Positions 56,901 to 62,900 of a DNA stretch of 64,000 nt are shown piece after piece (within the stretch, counting starts at the first letter, position 1; each line of letters opens with the position of its first letter). The position numbers and the translations under genes were made by a program. Source of the stretch: Elusimicrobiota bacterium (lineage in GTDB: Bacteria > Elusimicrobiota > Elusimicrobia > FEN-1173); assembly GCA_016706425.1 (NCBI GenBank), contig JADJJR010000001.1:491133-555132 (forward strand), read 5' to 3'. The notes beneath the pieces are model-generated. The model was not told where the DNA came from and did no database searches. It worked only from the letters and a program-made list of their open reading frames with translations.

Positions 56901-59900
56901 CGATTACGACTACGCCCCCTTCAGCGCGGAGAGCCCCGGCGGGAAGGTCAAGAACAAAACACAATTTCAGGAGGCGTCCGGGTTGACGGTGGATCCCACC
57001 GCCCCCCTGTTCGCGAGCGCGTTTCGCATCACCGGTCAAAAAGGCATCGAGGAAATCCTCGGCGCCGCGGCGCGGATCCTCGACAGCGGTGGGCAGATCG
57101 CCATTCAAGGGGTCGCCCACCCCGAAGAGGAGAAGCAGTACAAATACGTCGCGCGGCTGAAGGAATTGCAGAACCGGTTCCCCGGGAAGATGGTGTTCCG
57201 CGAGACCTTCGATAAAGACGCCGTCCCCTATTTGCTCGCGGCCGCGGATTTCTCCCTTTGGCCCTCGGAGTTCGAGCCCTGCGGGGTGGCCCACCAACAA
57301 GCCATGCGCTACGGGGCGGTGCCCATCGGTCGACGCGTTGGCGGTCTGGACACGACGATCATCGATGAGCGGGAGTACCCGGGGCACGGGACGGGATTCA
57401 AATTTAATTTAAAAACGGCGGATTCCCTTTGGTCCGCGGTGGAGCACGCTCTGGCCGTTTACCAAACCGACCCCGCCGCTTACGGGGATATTCAAAAGCG
57501 GGCCATGGTCGGCCCCCGGGATTGGTCGGAGGTCGCGCCGGAATATCTTGACGCCTACACGGCCCTGGACCGGGGCGAAATCCGCGAGACGGACGGGTTG
57601 GGGGACGCCGCCTTGATCACCGTGATTCACAACGCGGGCGCCGGTTACCAAGGGCGTTTGCCGCCGGGCGAGGCCGCGGGCCGGTTCGCCTGGGCCAAAA
57701 GTTTGACCGGGGGGTTCCCCCCGGGATTGAATTTCGACCCGCAGGGCGGGGAGTTTTATGGGTACTTGAACGCGTTGAAAATCGGCCTGGTCGCGCAGAA
57801 CCACCAGCGCCCGGTGCAGTCCGACGCGCTCATCGGCCACCTGCCCGTCGGGGTGGACTTGGCCGCCATCCCCCTTCAACGGGCGGCCGAGGTCCGGTCT
57901 GTCTATTCGGCCTTGGAGGGTTGGTTGGCGACCAAACTGGCCGGCCCCCCGCCCGCCACGGGAAAACAGAACCGGGCGGACACCGTCTGGAACAAGGCGG
58001 CCCTGTTGCGGGACGAGGTCGCCGGGCTGCTTCAAAACACCGATGTGGGCGTCTTCGACGCCGATGGAATTCAACGCCATTCCCAGGCCCGTGTTTTGGG
58101 GTATGGGTTCTCTCAGGATCCGACGGGCGGCGCCCGCGGTCGGTTGGGCCTGAGCGATGAGTTCTTTGAAAGAAACTCCGTCTTGCACCCCCACCTTTTG
58201 GAAGCCGCTTTTCACGAAGCGTACCACGTTCTTTTTGGTCTCGACGCCAAAACCACCCATCACCGCGACGCCCTGCGTCTGCAAGCCGTGCTTTTCTGGG
58301 GGCTTTCGGTCGAGGAGGCCTTCGCCCTTTCTTTAGACCAACTCGAAAACCACCCCAAAAACGCCCTGGGCCGCGCCCTCCGCATTCGCCGGCTCATGCG
58401 GGATTTCCGGGGCGAAGACATTTACGCCCTCCGCGCGCTCCTGCGCGAAAAAATGGTCCAGGGGCGGTTGATCGAGTTTTTGTCCGAAGCCGACGACGCC
58501 CTGTTCGCACCGCTCGCCCTGTCGCCCACCTCCCTGGAACGGCGCGTCCAGGAGCGGATTGATTTGATGCGCCGGGTGGAGGGGGAGGCCCCCCGTTCCC
58601 CTGGACAGGACGACCCCCGTTACGCCGAAGCCCGGCGCACCGAAGAGGATTGGGCCAAGCCCCTCATGGATACGGGCCCCGTGGAGGCGATCCATCCTGT
58701 TTTGAAAGCCATCGCGCTTTTGGACGATGTTGAGGAAACCCAATTGCTGGACGCCCTGGGCGCCGCGGTTGTCAAAGACGCGAAACTCGCGGATCGCCCC
58801 CTGGTGGACAGCGTTTTGTTGATGACCGGCCGCGTCCCCGCCAAATGGGCGAAGTTGCACGGCATCGCTTACCAACGCGTCTACCACCTATCGGCCGAAG
58901 GTCGGAAAGTGTGGGCCGGGGGCCTGGGTCCGGTGCAGGTGTTTCACAGCGACGCGGAGCGCGAAATCACCCGGGATTCTTCGGTCGATATTGCCGACAT
59001 CGAGCCCGATTACACCCATCGGCGCACGGCGGAGGGGTTGGTGCCCGCGGACGGCGTGGCCCCTTCGACCCCGCTCCTGCCCTCCGACGAACCGGTTTTT
59101 GATCTGGAAGTGGTGTTCGAGGACCGTCCGGTGAAAATCCGGGTGCGGCCCATGAAAGGCCCCGAGGGCAACCCGGTGTACCTCTTCCGCGACAACCCGG
59201 ACGGAGAGGCGTTTTTCACGAAACAACTCTACGATTACCGCGGCGGGGGGGACAACCCCGCCAGTTGGGAGGATTTCACCGCTTTTTTCAGCGTCGCCTC
59301 CTTGGCCATCATCGCGCATTTGGAAGAGGCCCGGCTCCGCGTGTTGGGGGCGGCCTGGCGTCCCCCGGTCATCCACGGCAACGACGCCCAGACGGCCATG
59401 GTCAACGTGCTGGTGTCCGAAGCCGTGGCGGGCGGCAACCCGCGGGCCGAGGCCCTGGCGAAAAAAATCCCATTTTTTAAACCCTTGGCCCGGTGGATCG
59501 CGCCCAGTTTTAAAACCCACACCTACGGCAACCGGCAGGGTTACACCTGGGGCCGCCCCACGGATCATTTCGGACTCCTCTCGTTTTTGAGCGGCATTCC
59601 GGCTTGGGACCACAATCGATTGATGGGTTATTTCGCGCGCAGGGGTCCCGAACAGAACGGGTACCCCGACGTCACCTCGGCGGGTATCGCCGCGACCCCC
59701 GGCCACGTGCAGGGTGTGGCCCGCAAGCACGCCTGGGACGTGGCCCGGAAATACGACGATCCCCATCGGGTGGTCGGTATCACCAACGGCGCCAATTTGG
59801 AATGGTCGGCCGGCTTGTTTCGCCGTCTATTGAAACAGGTGGGGGGAGAGAGCGTCGACCAGAACCGGCCCACCGCCGCCCAGGTGAAGGACGCCAAACG

Positions 59901-62900
59901 GTTCGCCAAACAGGAATTTTTCACGGAGCTTTTGGCCGTCAACGACCAAGGCCAACCCAAACATTTGGAATCGGAAGTCTTCAACCGGTTCCAGGATGTC
60001 CTGCGGGACCGCACCACCGGCACCCCCGCGCGGGTGGACCCCGCGATTTTGGCCCAGCCGACCGTCGGTTTTGTCGGTCGTTTGGTGGTTGAAAAGTTCA
60101 ACATGGGCCGGGCCTGGGCGCGTTTTGTGATCCGCGCGTTGGTTCGCGCGGGGGTCAACGTGGTTCTTTTCGCGCCGATTCAGCAAAAAAGCGACCCCTC
60201 GAGCCCCAGCTCGACCATCGCTCTCGCGCTCACGCAATTGGCCGCCAACCTTGACCGCGAATGGAAACCGGGGCACGGTCGCCTTTTGTTTATCGATTCC
60301 CGGGATTCGGAATTGAAAAAGAAGGCGTTGACCTCGCTCGATATCCTCGTTTTGGATTCCGACAAAGACACCGAAGCGAACGGCTACACCGAAGTGGCGG
60401 CCTCCGCGTCGGGCGCTTTGGTGATGGCCCCGCCGTTCCACAACGGCGAGGGGCTGATCCGCGGGCAGGGGATTCCCATCGACTGGTCGGCGCCGGGGCA
60501 CGGCAACACCATTTTGCCCGAAAATCAAAAATCCGAAGCCTACTTGCAATCCCTGCTCCAGGCGACGGAAGTGTATTTTGATCGACCCGACGATTTTGCC
60601 GCCCATCAGGCCACCTCGGTGCGTTTGAGTCGGCCCCTGGAAGCCCGGTTGACGGCGGCGGCCTCCCTGCGCGATTTCAACTTGAGCTACCAACTGCCGG
60701 TGGATGTTCGCAGCGACGGGCGGTGGCGGACGGGCGTTGTGGCCCCCGCGGGCGTCCCGGTCAAGATCGACGCCGTCGTGCGGCTCCGACCGGGAGTGGA
60801 CACACGCCACGTGGAGACCCGCGTTCGCCTGGCCCCGGTGCGGGCCTGGGGCATGGACTGGGGCGCGGTCCAGGAAATAACCCTCCAGCCCACGAATTGG
60901 GTGGTGACGGGCGAACTCGGGTCCCAAAACGTCACCTACGCCGTGGAAGTGGAATTGGCGCCCGGGCAATATGAATTTATCGTGGAAACCCGCGACCGAC
61001 GCGAACGGGAATGGCTGGTGCAGGAGGGGATTTCCTGGGGACAAAACAATCGTTTGACGATCGGGGCGCCCTCGGACCCCGCGGGGCTTCTGCCCTTCTG
61101 GCGTCCCGTGATTCAACAGCTCCGCTTCCTGGGGTGGTCGGATCGGCGGATCGGCGCGGGTCTGGGTTTCCTGGAGGAAGTGCTCCTGATGGGGGGCGTT
61201 TCCTTGATCGCCGGGGCGATGGGGGGCCTGTTCGGCCTGGGGGCGACGGCGGGTTTCTTGTCCGCCTCCGCGGCCGCGGCGGTCCTCTTCCCGTTGGGGC
61301 ACGTCGGCCGTATTTTCTATTACGATTATTCCGGACGGTTGAAGACGCGGCAAACGTCCGCGCGCGAGCTTGTCCGTCTTTTGACGGTGGGCGGGCTGTT
61401 GCGCGCGATCCACGCCGGGCTCTTTTTCGCTTTGCCGTGGGTGTTGACTCTCCTGGCCGGGGCGCCGTTGGCGGGTCCGCCGAGCGGGGTGGTGATCTGG
61501 GCCGCTCAAATCCTTCCTTTCCTGGTTGTTCCCGCTCTCCACGCGCGTTACGATTTCCGCCCCCCGGCCGGCTGGCCGCTCGCCGTTTTCGACCCCCTCG
61601 CCCCTGTAAAAAAATTGGTCCCTGTTCTTCGAGCCATTCGATTCATCCCGACGACAGGCGCGCCGGTAGACGGCGGCGCCTACAACGCGAACCCCCAACG
61701 CACGCGAATTTTGGACAAGGCCTTCGCCCGCTTGGTCAAAGCCGATCCGGCGGCTTTGGCCCAGGTGAACATGACCGCCTTGCGCGCCATCGCCGAATTG
61801 GTCCTCGAAAACACGGAACAACACGGGACACCGGGGGCGGAGGCCTCCCTCGGGCTCCGAATCCAGGATGGCCTAATCCGACTGGAAATATTTAACGAAT
61901 CGGCCGAAGCGCTTCCGACGGCGTTGAACGGGGAATTTTCGGTGGAGCGCCCGAACGGCGCCGTTCCTGAAGCCGAACGGGGCGTCGGCACGCGCTGGGG
62001 ACAAGGCGTGTCAAAAATCCCCACGCTCGCCGGGGTTCTTTACCGCGACGCGGAATCGGACCTTTCTTCAAAAATTCGTTGGTCTTGGCGGCGGGACCCG
62101 TCGGACGGAAAAATTGCCTTTGTCTTCACGGCCCCCGTCCCCGCCGCTCGACCCCAACGGCCGTCCCCCACCGAGTTCGCGACCGAATGGCAGATGTCCG
62201 GTCCCGCGTGGCGACAGGCCAAAACCGCCGCCCGGTCCGTGGTCTTGGTTCTGTTCCTTTCACTGGCCGGTTGGGGCCTGCCGGTGGAATCACCCCGGGC
62301 CCAACCCCCCATCGCCGCGCCCGCGGCGAGCGCAGACCACTACATTGACGCCGAGGCGTACCAGGCCTTCCTGCTCCAGCGCCCCGCCACGCCGGCGATC
62401 CCGCGGGAATACGCCCGGGCGATTTTGTTGGGTCTTTTGCAGGACCTGATCCCGAATCTTCTGGATAAATCAACGCCCGAGAGCTCCACGCCCTCGATCG
62501 AAGAATCCCTTTATTTCTATTCCAACGCCCGGCAGGCCATCGAGGCCATCTTGGATTCCCCGGCCCTCTTGAAGAACATCCAAGCGCCCGAAATCGTGGA
62601 CGCGCTGAAAGCGTTGCGCGCGGATCTTTACGACGAATTCGTTAATAAAGAGGTGGGAGCTCCGGACATCGTTTACTGGAAGAAACGCTTCGCGGCGGTG
62701 CGCGGTCTCCTCGAATTGAGCGCCCCGTTGGTCCGGGAGTTCCTGCGACGGCAACCGGCCGTTCCATCCACCGCCGGCACACGATTGGGGTCTTTGTCGC
62801 CCCTTCGGTCGGAGCGGGAAACCTTGCTGGCCATGGTCGGGGTGCTTGCGGCGGCTCCGCGACCGCGGCGGCGCAGCCTCTGGGAGAAAGCGGGGGCGAT

